From contig JAKSPB010000017.1 of assembly GCA_024405215.1 (NCBI GenBank), positions 15 to 64,014 of the forward strand: a DNA stretch of 64,000 nucleotides, read 5' to 3'. This DNA comes from Lentisphaeria bacterium (GTDB lineage: Bacteria > Verrucomicrobiota > Lentisphaeria > Oligosphaerales > Oligosphaeraceae). A program made the position numbers and the translations under genes. How positions within the stretch are numbered: the stretch's first letter is position 1; every line of letters starts with the position of its first letter. Under the pieces are notes generated by a model. The model was not told where the DNA came from. It saw only the letters and a list, made by a program, of their open reading frames with translations, and searched no databases. Shown in pieces: positions 10,092 through 20,391 of this stretch.

Positions 10092-12773
10092 ATGTCCAAT
10101 TCCTACGATTATCTGCGCAATTTCCACGACCTGTCCCTGCCGGACTGGGGGCCATACGCGCACGACCTCTTCACTTTGTCGCACATTACCAACAAGCAGA
10201 AGGGCTTTCGTCTGGATTTCGTGATGGTCCCGTCGCTTTACCGCCGTGCCATTTTTCCGCCGGAGACCCTCCGGGAATGCGGCTACTCTCCGTGGGAAGC
10301 CAGTGGTGATTTTGGTTATTACAGTGCGCGCCAGCAACTTGTGGCGAAAGACATGTTCTATTCGGAAACCAGCTATTCCCGCATAGACGACACCTCCCGC
10401 CTAGGACGCATCGCCTTCGTGAACAACACGGACGAACCGCAGCTCGCGTCGGTTTTCCTCTTCGCCCGCTTTGCCCCCGAGGCCACGCTGGAGCCGCAAC
10501 TCCCCGCCGGCGCAACGTGGCTGGACGCCATCGACTACGTCTCGCTGGAGTACGCACGTCGCCGTCCGGACCACAACCTGATCTTCAACGGCGACCGACG
10601 CGGCGTGGAGGGCATGGACGGCACCGTGGGCGGCTGCGCCCTTGGCAATCCCCATAACAACTGCGACCGGAGCAAGTGCTTCGGCTATTATGAAGGCGAC
10701 CGTGCGCAATGGAACTACGTCGCACAGGCGACTGCGGAAGGAAGGATTTTCCTGCGGGCGAAATTCACCGCAGGCATCAAGGCAGATCTTCTTTTTGCCG
10801 TGGACGGTGCGGAACGGCGGGTTGTCCTGGAAGGAACCGGCGATTTCGCGCTCTACGAAATCTACCGCGGCGCACTGAAGGGGCAGGGCGTCTTGGCGGT
10901 CCTCAGCAACGGCATTCCCGGCGAGGCCGACTGGGACGGCTTTGTATTCGGCGTTGCCTGCGAGGCGTCGGAGATTGCTTTCGTGCCCTGTTCCGCGACC
11001 CACCCCGTTGCGGAGAAGGGGCCGATTCCGCAGAGCGCGGTTCTGCGCGATGCCGACGGCAGCCATTTCTTCTGGTGGAGCCGTCCCGCAACGGAGCGTG
11101 AATACCAGCTTCCCGACTTGGCCGGACTCCTGAACTATTCCTTCGGCATCCGCCATCCCCTGTATACTCCTTCCGACATCCAAGGGGGCAAGCAAGGCGG
11201 GCAGTATTGCAAGGAAGCGTACATCCTTCCCGTCCTGGTTCCCGCCAAAGGCACGCAGGCCATCTACGCAGTCTATGCCGAAGGCGACGGGGAACCGGCG
11301 GGAATCGCGCTGGACGAGGCATCCCTGGAGGCCATCTATCTCCGGGAGAAGGCGAAGGCCTTTGCGTTGCCTTGCCGGGAGGAGGGCGCCGGCTACCGTT
11401 TCAGCCAGCAGCTCATGTCCGCCGCCTTGATGACCAACATCAAGTTCCCCCTGCGCTGCCGGGGGGACAACGTCCGCCACCACAGTCCCGACAAGTACTT
11501 CAACAGCCTCTACAGCTGGGATTCCGGCTTCATCGGGCTGGGGCTTTTGGAGCTGGACAAGCGTCGTGCCATTGAGAACCTGAACGTCTATGTGACGGAA
11601 CCCGGCGAGGAGAACGCCTTCATTCTCCACGGCACGCCGCTGCCGGTGCAGTCATACCTCTATCACGAAATCTGGAACCGTTTCCAGGACGCGGAGATGC
11701 TGGAATACTTCTATCCGCGGCTGAAGCAGAATTACGACTTCTTGGCCGGACATGTCGCCACTTCGCCCTGTGACAAATACGCCACCCATCTGCTACAGAC
11801 CTGGGATTGCTTCTACAATTCCGGCGGCTGGGACGACTATCCGCCCCAGTGGCAGATGTTCAAGGACCGGGACTATCGCAACACCCCCGTCGTCACCACC
11901 AGCCATGTCATCCGCTTCGCCAAGACCCTCCGGGTCGCCGCCAGGCTTCTGGGGACGGACGACGATGCGTCGCTGACCGCCGACATCGAGCGCTTCTCCG
12001 ACGCCTTGCAGAGATACTCCTGGACGGAGGAGGACGGCGTCTTCAGCTACGTCACCCATGATGCGGAGGGCAAAGCCGCAGGCATCTACCGGGACCCCGA
12101 ATCCGGAGCCAACTTCAACTTCGGCTTTGACGGCGTGTCGCCGGTCATCGCCGGAATCTGCGACGAGAAGCAACGGGAACTCCTCTGGGCGCGTCTTTCC
12201 TCGCCGGAGCATCTCTGGACGCCATACGGCCTGACTGCCGTGGACCAGGCCGCGCCGTATCATCGGCTGGACGGCTACTGGAATGGCGCCATTTGGATGC
12301 CGCACCAGTGGTTCTTCTGGAAGGCCGCCCTGGACAATGGCCAGGCGGAGTTCGCCCGGCGCATCGCCAAGACGGGGCTGAATGTCTGGAAGCACGAGAC
12401 CGACCAGAGCTACTGCACCTTCGAGCATTTCAGCGCCATCAACGGCCGCGGCTGCGGCTGCCATCACTTCGGCGGTCTCTCCACGCCTGTCCTCAGCTGG
12501 TATGCCGCATACTACACGCCCGGAAGGCTCACCACGGGAATGGACTGCTGGGTCCTTTCCCAGCAGCACGGGCTGGACGGTTCCTTCGAGGCCGGCCTGC
12601 AGCTGGAGGGCGGCACGCCCGTCTCCACCGTCCTCTACGTTCCGCCGAAGGCCGGCGAATACGAGGTCACCTACGACGGCGCCATTCCCGCCTTCCGCAA
12701 CGTGGACGGCGTATTGGAGATCGACCTCCCGGCGCAGTCCGTGGGAATGCTCCGCATTGCGCCTGTGCGGTAA
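10092..12773 (+). CDS. Cytoplasmic glycoside hydrolase, GH63/MGH1-like (alpha/alpha)6-barrel C-terminal domain
   Basis: No signal peptide. C-terminal half carries YSWDSGFIGLGLLELD, GGWDDYPPQW and DGYWNGAIWMPHQWFFWKAAL, typical of GH63/GH37-like barrels. Confidence 0.55.
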   Translation: MSNSYDYLRNFHDLSLPDWGPYAHDLFTLSHITNKQKGFRLDFVMVPSLYRRAIFPPETLRECGYSPWEASGDFGYYSARQQLVAKDMFYSETSYSRIDDTSRLGRIAFVNNTDEPQLASVFLFARFAPEATLEPQLPAGATWLDAIDYVSLEYARRRPDHNLIFNGDRRGVEGMDGTVGGCALGNPHNNCDRSKCFGYYEGDRAQWNYVAQATAEGRIFLRAKFTAGIKADLLFAVDGAERRVVLEGTGDFALYEIYRGALKGQGVLAVLSNGIPGEADWDGFVFGVACEASEIAFVPCSATHPVAEKGPIPQSAVLRDADGSHFFWWSRPATEREYQLPDLAGLLNYSFGIRHPLYTPSDIQGGKQGGQYCKEAYILPVLVPAKGTQAIYAVYAEGDGEPAGIALDEASLEAIYLREKAKAFALPCREEGAGYRFSQQLMSAALMTNIKFPLRCRGDNVRHHSPDKYFNSLYSWDSGFIGLGLLELDKRRAIENLNVYVTEPGEENAFILHGTPLPVQSYLYHEIWNRFQDAEMLEYFYPRLKQNYDFLAGHVATSPCDKYATHLLQTWDCFYNSGGWDDYPPQWQMFKDRDYRNTPVVTTSHVIRFAKTLRVAARLLGTDDDASLTADIERFSDALQRYSWTEEDGVFSYVTHDAEGKAAGIYRDPESGANFNFGFDGVSPVIAGICDEKQRELLWARLSSPEHLWTPYGLTAVDQAAPYHRLDGYWNGAIWMPHQWFFWKAALDNGQAEFARRIAKTGLNVWKHETDQSYCTFEHFSAINGRGCGCHHFGGLSTPVLSWYAAYYTPGRLTTGMDCWVLSQQHGLDGSFEAGLQLEGGTPVSTVLYVPPKAGEYEVTYDGAIPAFRNVDGVLEIDLPAQSVGMLRIAPVR

Positions 12774-12903
12774 GGGGCGAGAGGCAAGCCATTCGGATTT
12801 CCGAATGGCTTTTGCACATCAAAAAGAAATAGGGGGGATACAGTATCATTATTTCCGTTTTCCCGTTTTTTGGCGGGACTTGTCTGGTCTATATTCTTTT
12901 CTG

Positions 12904-14190
12904 ATGATAATCGCTTTTCTCCTTGTCATTTTCCTTCTATGGGCCTCCGCCTTTTTTTCGGCGTCGGAGACCGCTTATTCTTCCGTCAACAAGGTCCGTC
13001 TGAAGACGATGGCGGACAAAGGGAACTACCTTGCCGGCCTGGCGTTGAATCTGGCCAACGACTTTGACCGCCTGCTTGCCTCGATTCTCATCGGCAACAA
13101 CTTGGTGAACATCGCCCTGACGGCGGTCCTGACCATGGCGCTGGTCAAGATCCATGGCGCCGGAAGGGGGGCGCTGCTTTCCACGGTCATCGCCACGCCG
13201 CTGGTCATCTTTTTCGGAGAGATTACGCCGAAAAGCATCGCCCGGGAATATCCGGAGAAGGTCGCCCTTTCCGCCGCATTTATCCTCTGGGCCGTCCGCT
13301 GGGTACTATGGCCGGTGAATATCCTCTTTTCCTTTTGGAAGGCCTTCCTGGCCAAGATGATGAACGAGCCAGGACAGCCGCGCATCTCGCAGGAGGAGCT
13401 GCTCATGCTGGTGGACGAGGCGCAGAGCGACGGCGGCATCGACAAGGACGAGGGGGTGCTCCTGAAGAACGCCCTCAAATTCACCGAATGCCCCGCCGAG
13501 GACATCATCACCCACCGCGTGGACATTGCCGCAGTGCCTGTCGACGCTACGCGGGAGGAGGTCGCGGCGAAGTTCATGGAGACGGAATATTCCCGCCTGC
13601 CGGTCTATTCCGAAAGCCTGGACAATATCGTGGGCATTCTGGGGCTCAAGGACTTCTTCGCCAGCATGACCAGGCAGGAACCATGGAATCTCAAGAACAT
13701 CGTCACGCCGCCTTTCTTTGTGCAGAAGACGGAGAAGATTGACGATGTGCTGAAGAAGCTCCAGAGCACGCGTTCCCAGATCGCCGTCGTGCTGGACGAG
13801 TTCGGCGGAACCCTGGGACTGCTCTCCGTGGAGGACATCGTGGAAGAACTGGTCGGCGAAATCTGGGACGAACATGACGAGGTGGTGGAGAAATTCAAGA
13901 AACTCTCCGAAGACGCCTATAGCGTGGATTGCACAGTGTCGCTGGACGACTTCCAGGAGTTCTTCCAGGTGAAGCTGGATTCCGACGAATCGCTCCTGGG
14001 CGGCTGGATTCTGGAACAACTTCATAAGCTGCCGCAGAAGGGCGACCACTGTGCCGTGGAGAATCTGGAGATCACGATTTCCTCCTGTACACGCTACCGC
14101 GTGCGCCGAGTTTATGTGAAAGTTCATCCACCCGTTCCGGAGTCGGGCGAAGAGGGAATGCCTGAAAGCGGTCTGCAGAGTCTTTCATGA
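12904..14190 (+). CDS. CNNM/CorC-HlyC family transporter (DUF21 - CBS pair - CorC_HlyC)
   Basis: MIIAFLLVIFLLWASAFFSASETAYSS (DUF21), CBS-type segments, and IAVVLDEFGGTLGLLSVEDIVEELVGEIWDEHD. ORF 12382..14190 extends upstream over the GH63-like gene. The start is probably 12904, alternatively 12805. Confidence 0.85.
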   Translation: MIIAFLLVIFLLWASAFFSASETAYSSVNKVRLKTMADKGNYLAGLALNLANDFDRLLASILIGNNLVNIALTAVLTMALVKIHGAGRGALLSTVIATPLVIFFGEITPKSIAREYPEKVALSAAFILWAVRWVLWPVNILFSFWKAFLAKMMNEPGQPRISQEELLMLVDEAQSDGGIDKDEGVLLKNALKFTECPAEDIITHRVDIAAVPVDATREEVAAKFMETEYSRLPVYSESLDNIVGILGLKDFFASMTRQEPWNLKNIVTPPFFVQKTEKIDDVLKKLQSTRSQIAVVLDEFGGTLGLLSVEDIVEELVGEIWDEHDEVVEKFKKLSEDAYSVDCTVSLDDFQEFFQVKLDSDESLLGGWILEQLHKLPQKGDHCAVENLEITISSCTRYRVRRVYVKVHPPVPESGEEGMPESGLQSLS

Positions 14191-16982
14191 AGATAACGAA
14201 CATGTCTCAAAAGGAAAACCATCTGGACAAGACAGCGCTTCTGGAAAGCGAAGACGCTGCTGGAGTGGAGAAGACGGCCGTCGTTTGCGAAGAGGCTTCG
14301 GCGGAAGGGGGGAAGAATGCTTCTTCTGCGCAGGGGAAAAAGGCGGGAAGCGCGTTCGGGAAGAGTTCCGACAATCCGGATGTCACCTGCCGGATCATTT
14401 CTACCTCTGAGATTCTTCAGGCGGGAAAGCGCCACGGGAAGAAGAAGGCCGATGTCGCATCGGCGAAGGCTTCTGCGGAGACGGCTGCGCCGGTCGCGAC
14501 CACGAGCGTCTTCGGGAACATGCTGGATTATATCCACCATAAGGTTTTTTCCGAGGAAAAGAAGCGCGAGATCACTCATTCCCAGACTTCCGTGAACTTG
14601 GGGGCCGTGGTTTCGCCGGAGGCCGGCGAGGCGAAGAAGGCGGAAGACAAGATTCCGGTGCTGGAGCAGAAATACGATGTGCTGCGCCAGTTCGCCGGCG
14701 GCGGGCAGGGCGTGCTTTCCCAGGCGCGGGACAAGATCCTGAAGCGCACGGTCGCCCTGAAGTCCCTTCGCCAGGAATATCTCTCCAATCCAACCGTCCG
14801 TCAGGCATTCGTCAACGAGGCGATCATCACGGGGCAGCTGGAGCATCCCGCCATCGTCTCCGTCTATGACCTTCTGAAGGACAACCAGAACGGCATCCAC
14901 CTGACCATGAAGCTGGTTCGCGGGCAGAACATGGACGAGCTGCTTCACGCGGACCAGGCGGAGTTCCGGAATGGTCGCATCAGCCGCTGGGGCTACCAGC
15001 CCACGCTAAACTACCACATCGAGCTTTTCCTGCGTGTCTGCGAGGCCATGGGATACGCCCATTCCCGCGGCGTCCTGCACTGCGACTTGAAGCCTGAGAA
15101 CATCATGCTCGGCGAATATGGCGAAATCTACGTGATGGACTGGGGAATCGCCAAGAAGATGAACCGGGAGGGGCTGTATGTCCTTCCCAAGGGGCAGGCG
15201 CTGGACGGAACGCCCCGGTTCATTCCTCCGGAATGCTTTGCGGGAATGCCCCGCGGCGCCCAGTCGGACATCTATGCGCTGGGGATGATCCTCTATGAAA
15301 TCGTGACCTTGCAACGGCCTTTCGAGTCCCGGGAGGTCAAGGATCTGATCCGGGAGATCAAGAGCGGGAAGCGGAAGCCTGTGGTCAACCAGTTCGGAGT
15401 GCCGCTCTCCGCGACGCTGGTGGCGATTGTGAACAAGGCCCTTGACCTGGATCTGGAAAAGCGCTACCAGTCCGTGACGGATTTGGAGTCCGACCTCCGG
15501 AATTACCTGGCTCACGAACCGGTCATGGCCTTGCCGGATACGCCGCTGATGAAGCTGGACCGTTTTTTGAGTCATCACATCCAGCCCCTGGTCGCGGTGA
15601 CCCTCCTGGGGCTTCTGGTCGCGTTTCTCATGGCGATGCACAACTTGCAGCTGACCGTTCGCCAGGCGGAACAAGAGCAGCGCGCCAGCGAGGAGAAGAT
15701 GCAGATCATGCGGAACATGAAGAACCGGGTGATGATCGACCAATGGGAGACATGGATGTTGGACAACGTGGTCCATGCTTCCATCTCCCTTTCCAATCAA
15801 ATGACGCGGATTGCGGACAAGCTGAATGCGGAAACGCAATTCATGAACATCTTCCTGGGAAACAGCGACTGGAAGGGCCTGCCCGAGATTCCGATTCGGA
15901 ACTATCGGGACTACCATGGGAAATTGGAGGGCGTCCGCGGGAGCACTCCTTCGCAATGGTATTACCAGGCCTTCATCAATCCGGACATCGCCTCCTACCA
16001 GGTGCCGCCCTTTTCTCCGGCGGAAAAATACGAGCCGCAGCTGAAATTCCTGGCGCCGATTGCGTTGCGCCTGCGCAACGTGGTTCTGGAGAGCCGGGGC
16101 GACCGTCTTACGCGGCAGAATCTTGATTCTCTCAAGCAGAAGATGCTCCATGATGGGACGCTGATCCGCCGGGCATTCGTGGGCTGGGACGACACTGCGT
16201 TGCAGGTGGCCTATCCCTTCCAACCGGAATACGAGGATACCTACGTGAACCGCAAGCGTTCCTGGTACGTCACGACGAAGAACGCCTGGGACAAGGAAGG
16301 CAAGAGAGATGTCGTCTGGGGGAAGCCCTACCGGGATGCGGGCGGCGGACGCTATCTGCTCTGTTGCTCCCAGGTGATTCTGGATGACAAGGACAACTTC
16401 CTGGGCGTGATGGCTTTCGATGTGCATTTCGAGTTCCTCTTGAATATCCTGCTGAACGACGGCAATGGAGAGCGTTTCGGTACGATGGAAAAATACCTTG
16501 TCGACCGGAAAGGCAATACCCTATGCTGCATTGACACGGCGATGTTGCGGAATACGCCGTTTGAGATGGCGGACGAGTTCGAACTCTTTGCCATGGAGAC
16601 CGGCGACTATCTGGAAGGCGAGGATAGGCCCCAACAGGAGAATGCCGAGGAAAACAAGGAGCAACTGGCACAGCGCTACGCCGAATTGGAGCAACAGCGC
16701 CGTGAGCGTCGCGCCAAGCAGTCGCAGACTGCCGCTGTCCTGGAGGATGCCAGCAGCTTCCTGGACGGCAAGAGGGAACTTTCCAAGGAGGTCTATTGGA
16801 ACATCCTGGCGCAGAAGGGCGGCTTGTCCGGATACTACAACGCCGTGGATAACGGCGAGGAGGTCGTCTATCTGTATGCATTCCTTCCCAATAGCGAGCT
16901 TTGCATTGTGGAGAAGGTCAACCTTGAGGTCGTCAAGATGCGCCTTGGCGTGGTGGATCTGAAGTCGCTCTGGGATTTCTAG
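14187..16982 (+). CDS. Membrane Ser/Thr protein kinase with large extracytoplasmic sensor-like C-terminal region
   Basis: Kinase motifs ALKSL, HCDLKPENIML, DWGIAKK and GTPRFIPPE. TM segment IQPLVAVTLLGLLVAFLMA. About 430-aa C-terminal region with a coiled-coil stretch. The ATG overlaps the upstream stop (ATGA). Confidence 0.85.
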   Translation: MKITNMSQKENHLDKTALLESEDAAGVEKTAVVCEEASAEGGKNASSAQGKKAGSAFGKSSDNPDVTCRIISTSEILQAGKRHGKKKADVASAKASAETAAPVATTSVFGNMLDYIHHKVFSEEKKREITHSQTSVNLGAVVSPEAGEAKKAEDKIPVLEQKYDVLRQFAGGGQGVLSQARDKILKRTVALKSLRQEYLSNPTVRQAFVNEAIITGQLEHPAIVSVYDLLKDNQNGIHLTMKLVRGQNMDELLHADQAEFRNGRISRWGYQPTLNYHIELFLRVCEAMGYAHSRGVLHCDLKPENIMLGEYGEIYVMDWGIAKKMNREGLYVLPKGQALDGTPRFIPPECFAGMPRGAQSDIYALGMILYEIVTLQRPFESREVKDLIREIKSGKRKPVVNQFGVPLSATLVAIVNKALDLDLEKRYQSVTDLESDLRNYLAHEPVMALPDTPLMKLDRFLSHHIQPLVAVTLLGLLVAFLMAMHNLQLTVRQAEQEQRASEEKMQIMRNMKNRVMIDQWETWMLDNVVHASISLSNQMTRIADKLNAETQFMNIFLGNSDWKGLPEIPIRNYRDYHGKLEGVRGSTPSQWYYQAFINPDIASYQVPPFSPAEKYEPQLKFLAPIALRLRNVVLESRGDRLTRQNLDSLKQKMLHDGTLIRRAFVGWDDTALQVAYPFQPEYEDTYVNRKRSWYVTTKNAWDKEGKRDVVWGKPYRDAGGGRYLLCCSQVILDDKDNFLGVMAFDVHFEFLLNILLNDGNGERFGTMEKYLVDRKGNTLCCIDTAMLRNTPFEMADEFELFAMETGDYLEGEDRPQQENAEENKEQLAQRYAELEQQRRERRAKQSQTAAVLEDASSFLDGKRELSKEVYWNILAQKGGLSGYYNAVDNGEEVVYLYAFLPNSELCIVEKVNLEVVKMRLGVVDLKSLWDF

Positions 16983-17157
16983 GGCGGTGTCCTTTCTTTG
17001 TTAGTGCCATTTTCTTGTCTTTTTATCCTTTGTGTCTGTAATTTGACAAGAATGGCTGTGGGCGTTTGAAATTGTGGCGCTAATTTATGTCTTTTCCTGT
17101 TCTCGCATAAATGCGGGGGTGAATTGTTAGCATTGAAGAGAGGATTTTGCGAAGACA

Positions 17158-18768
17158 ATGAGACGCGGTTGGATGGCGATGGTTTGCCTGACGCTCTGCC
17201 TTGCGGTCGGTTTCGGCTGCTCCACGGCGAAGCGGCTGGAAAATCTGGAGTCCGATGTGGACGGTCTGCTTGACGCGGCGCAGGGGGAGCTTTTCCCCGA
17301 CAAGGCGCCGGAGGAGATCCGTCTGGTGGGCAGCGAACCGGAATTGCCGGAGGACCTGGTCCGGGAAATCGAGGCGGGCGAGGTGAAAGTGGATTTGCGG
17401 CGGGCCTTGGAGCTGGCCGCGCATTTCAACCGCAGCTACGCCACGGCCAAGGAGACTCTCTATGCTTCCGCGCTTTCTCTGCGCAGCGCACAGCATGACT
17501 GGGACTGGACGCCATCTGCCAATGTGGCATCCATCTTCTCCGTGAATCAGCAGCCATCCTATACGACCTTGCAGAATACAGGGCGCCTTGGCTTCAGCAA
17601 GCGCCTGGCTGCCGGCGGTCGCCTGGCGGGAAGCCTGGCGGTCTCCACGATCCGCTATTTTTCCGGTGACCGTAGCCTGAGCATCAGCAGCCTTGCCGCG
17701 CTGACTCTCAGCCAGCCGCTGTTGCGTGGCAGCAGCACGGCCATCGCCCGGGAAGGGCTGACCCAGGCGGAACGGAATCTCATCTATGCGCTGCGGCGCT
17801 TTGTGATGACCCGCGAGGACCTGCAGATCTCTGTCGCCCGGAGGTACTATGAGGTCCTGAATGCGGAGGATGCGCTGGAGATCGCCCGTGCCAGCTGGAA
17901 CGGCTTCAAGACCTCCCAGGAACGTTCCGAAGCTATGGCGGACGCCAACCGCGTGAACCAGTTCGAGGTGGACCAGGCGCGCCAGAGGGTCCTGACCGCC
18001 GAGACCAGCGTGGTCTCCCGCGAGGAGGCTCTCCAGACCGCCCAGGACAACCTGAAGCTGGCGCTGGCCATCCCCTTGGAGGTCAAGCTGGTGGTGGAAC
18101 GCCAGGACTTGGACCGGTTGCTGAATCTGGAACTGCCGCGCCCTCCCATGACGCTGGACGAGGCGGTGGAGCTTGCCCTTTCCCAGCGGCTGGACTTCGC
18201 CACCGACCAGGACGAAGTGGAGGATGCGAAGCGCGGCTTGAATGTTGCCGAAGACAACATGCGCACCAAGTTGGACGTGACTTTGAGCGCCGAGGCAGCC
18301 AGCAAGGCAAAGAACCGCCTCTCTTCCATCCGTGCGCTCTCCGCCGACTACTCCGCCCAGGTGGATCTGGATCTGCCCTTTGACCGCTTGGACGAGACCA
18401 TCGCCTTGAAGCGTGCCATCATCGCCTATCAGCAGAAATTGCGGAATCTGGAGCAGTCCCGAGACGAGTTGGTGCTTCAGCTTCGCCTGGCCTGGCAGCA
18501 GTTGCAGACCTACGAGAAGAACATCGCCATCCAGAAGAACAGTGTTACGCTGGCCGAGCGTCGGGTGGAGAACACGCAGCTCCTCTTCGAGGGCGGTCGG
18601 ATCGAGATCCGCGAACTGCTGGATTCCCAGGACGACTTGAGTTCCGCCAAGACCGCCCTGACCTCCGCTCTGGTCAACCACCGGATTTGCTGGTTGACCC
18701 TTCTCTACCATCTGGGAAATCCCGGAGTGGATGCGGAGTCCTTCTGGAGCAAGGGCTTGGAGATGTAG
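17158..18768 (+). CDS. TolC-family outer membrane efflux protein
   Basis: Signal peptide with Cys (MVCLTLCLAVGFGCS). Two internal OEP-like repeats with coiled-coil segments. First gene of the efflux operon. Confidence 0.8.
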   Translation: MRRGWMAMVCLTLCLAVGFGCSTAKRLENLESDVDGLLDAAQGELFPDKAPEEIRLVGSEPELPEDLVREIEAGEVKVDLRRALELAAHFNRSYATAKETLYASALSLRSAQHDWDWTPSANVASIFSVNQQPSYTTLQNTGRLGFSKRLAAGGRLAGSLAVSTIRYFSGDRSLSISSLAALTLSQPLLRGSSTAIAREGLTQAERNLIYALRRFVMTREDLQISVARRYYEVLNAEDALEIARASWNGFKTSQERSEAMADANRVNQFEVDQARQRVLTAETSVVSREEALQTAQDNLKLALAIPLEVKLVVERQDLDRLLNLELPRPPMTLDEAVELALSQRLDFATDQDEVEDAKRGLNVAEDNMRTKLDVTLSAEAASKAKNRLSSIRALSADYSAQVDLDLPFDRLDETIALKRAIIAYQQKLRNLEQSRDELVLQLRLAWQQLQTYEKNIAIQKNSVTLAERRVENTQLLFEGGRIEIRELLDSQDDLSSAKTALTSALVNHRICWLTLLYHLGNPGVDAESFWSKGLEM

Positions 18769-18834
18769 ATTTTTCTGCCGTTCGAAAATCGGCGGCGTTT
18801 GATTGATCAATGCTTTCATAAAGGATAAGACAAG

Positions 18835-20391
18835 ATGTCCGGCAAGTTTTTCAAGGTGTGTCTCGCAGTGGCGGCGGCATTGGCGCTGAACAGCTGCTCC
18901 AAGAAGGACAGCGAAGGCGGAATGACCTTCTCCGTTCGCAGGAGCGGTTTTCCCATCACGGTGGTGGAAAGCGGCAATGTCGAGGCGGCCGTCTCCAACA
19001 ACATCGTCCAGAAGATCAACAAGACGGTGAAGATCCTCTCCATCGTGGAGGAGGGCACCACCCTGACGGAGCAGGACGTGGCGGACGGGCGGATCATCGT
19101 CCAGTTCGAGTCCCGTGATTTCGAGGATCTGGTCTATGACCGCCAGACCGCATTCGAGAATGCGGATGCCTCCGTGGTGAAGGCGGAAGAGGATCTGGCC
19201 ATTCAGCTGAGCACCAACGAGAGCTCCATTCGTTCTGCGGAACTGAACGTCATTTACGCGGAGAACGACCTGAAGAAGCTGGTTGGCGAGGAACTGGCGG
19301 GGCTCTATGCGACGAAGATGCCGGAGGATATTGGAAAATTGCTGGAGGACAAGCGTCTGGGCGGTCAGGCACTATTGGACCTGGTGACCTACAAGAGCGA
19401 CATCGAACTGGCGCAGATCAAGCTCAACCGGGCGGTGCAGACGCTGGAGTTCACCCAGAAGCTCTATGACAAGCAGTTCGTCAGCAAGAACGAGCTGGAG
19501 ACCGACGCCTTGGACGTGGAATCCCAGAAGAAGGCCCTGCAGACCACGAAGGGAAAATACGAGATTTTCCTGGCATACGATTTCATCAAGGATTTCTACA
19601 AGGCGCAGTCCACCCTGCTGGAGTCCCGCGATACGCTGGACCGCACCCGTGCGCAGGCCCGTTCCAAGCAGGTCTCTGCGGAATCCACCCTGCGCACCGC
19701 CCGCCAGACTTTGGCCCGTGCCACAAAGCGCCTGGAGGAGAGCAAGGCCGACCTGGAGCTGTGCACCATCCGCGCCACCTCTCCCGGCTTGGTCGTCTAC
19801 GAGCCTCAACCCCAGTGGTCCAACAGCGGCCCCATCCAGGCCGGTTCGGAAATCCGCCAGGGGCAGGTGGTGATCCAGCTGCCTGACCTGAGCAAGATGG
19901 TCGTCAAGGTTCGGATCCACGAATCCCAGATTGACACGGTGGCGGTTGGCCAGCGTGCGCAGGTGACCATTGACGCCATGCCGGGACAGGTTTTCATGGG
20001 CACCGTGACCAGGAAGTCCTTCCTGCCGGATTCCCAGCGTCGCTGGATGAACGAGGGCGTGAAGGTCTATGCCACGGAAATCACCCTGGACGAGACATCC
20101 GACAACCTCCGTCCCGGCATGAACGCCACGGCGGAGATCGTGGCCGAACGTGTGGAGGATGTCCTCTATGTCCCGTGCCAGTCGGTCTATACGGATGAAA
20201 AGGAGCGCCACTTCTGCTATCTGGCGGAAGAGAAGCGGCCTGTGCTGGTGACGCTGGGCCGCAGGAACCGGATTTTTGTGGAAATCACCTCCGGCCTTTC
20301 CGAGAACGACGTGATTCTCATGAATCCTCCTGAATTTTCCACGGAGAAGAACGAGGAAAAAGCGGAAAACGGGGAGGCCGACGGTGAGTGA
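18835..20391 (+). CDS. Efflux periplasmic adaptor (HlyD/MacA family)
   Basis: Signal peptide with LALNSC lipobox-like motif, a long coiled-coil hairpin region, and C-terminal beta-barrel segments (VKVRIHESQIDTVAVGQRAQVTIDAMPG). Confidence 0.8.
   Translation: MSGKFFKVCLAVAAALALNSCSKKDSEGGMTFSVRRSGFPITVVESGNVEAAVSNNIVQKINKTVKILSIVEEGTTLTEQDVADGRIIVQFESRDFEDLVYDRQTAFENADASVVKAEEDLAIQLSTNESSIRSAELNVIYAENDLKKLVGEELAGLYATKMPEDIGKLLEDKRLGGQALLDLVTYKSDIELAQIKLNRAVQTLEFTQKLYDKQFVSKNELETDALDVESQKKALQTTKGKYEIFLAYDFIKDFYKAQSTLLESRDTLDRTRAQARSKQVSAESTLRTARQTLARATKRLEESKADLELCTIRATSPGLVVYEPQPQWSNSGPIQAGSEIRQGQVVIQLPDLSKMVVKVRIHESQIDTVAVGQRAQVTIDAMPGQVFMGTVTRKSFLPDSQRRWMNEGVKVYATEITLDETSDNLRPGMNATAEIVAERVEDVLYVPCQSVYTDEKERHFCYLAEEKRPVLVTLGRRNRIFVEITSGLSENDVILMNPPEFSTEKNEEKAENGEADGE

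Noticed and set aside
12382-12903. 174-codon upstream extension of the CNNM/CorC ORF. Analogous extensions are 44763..45005 for lepB and 58730..58960 for the HTH gene.
   Set aside because: The extensions overlap the 3' ends of well-supported upstream genes in another frame. They are Pro/Arg/Ser/Thr-rich with no domain content. Internal starts give canonical N-termini.
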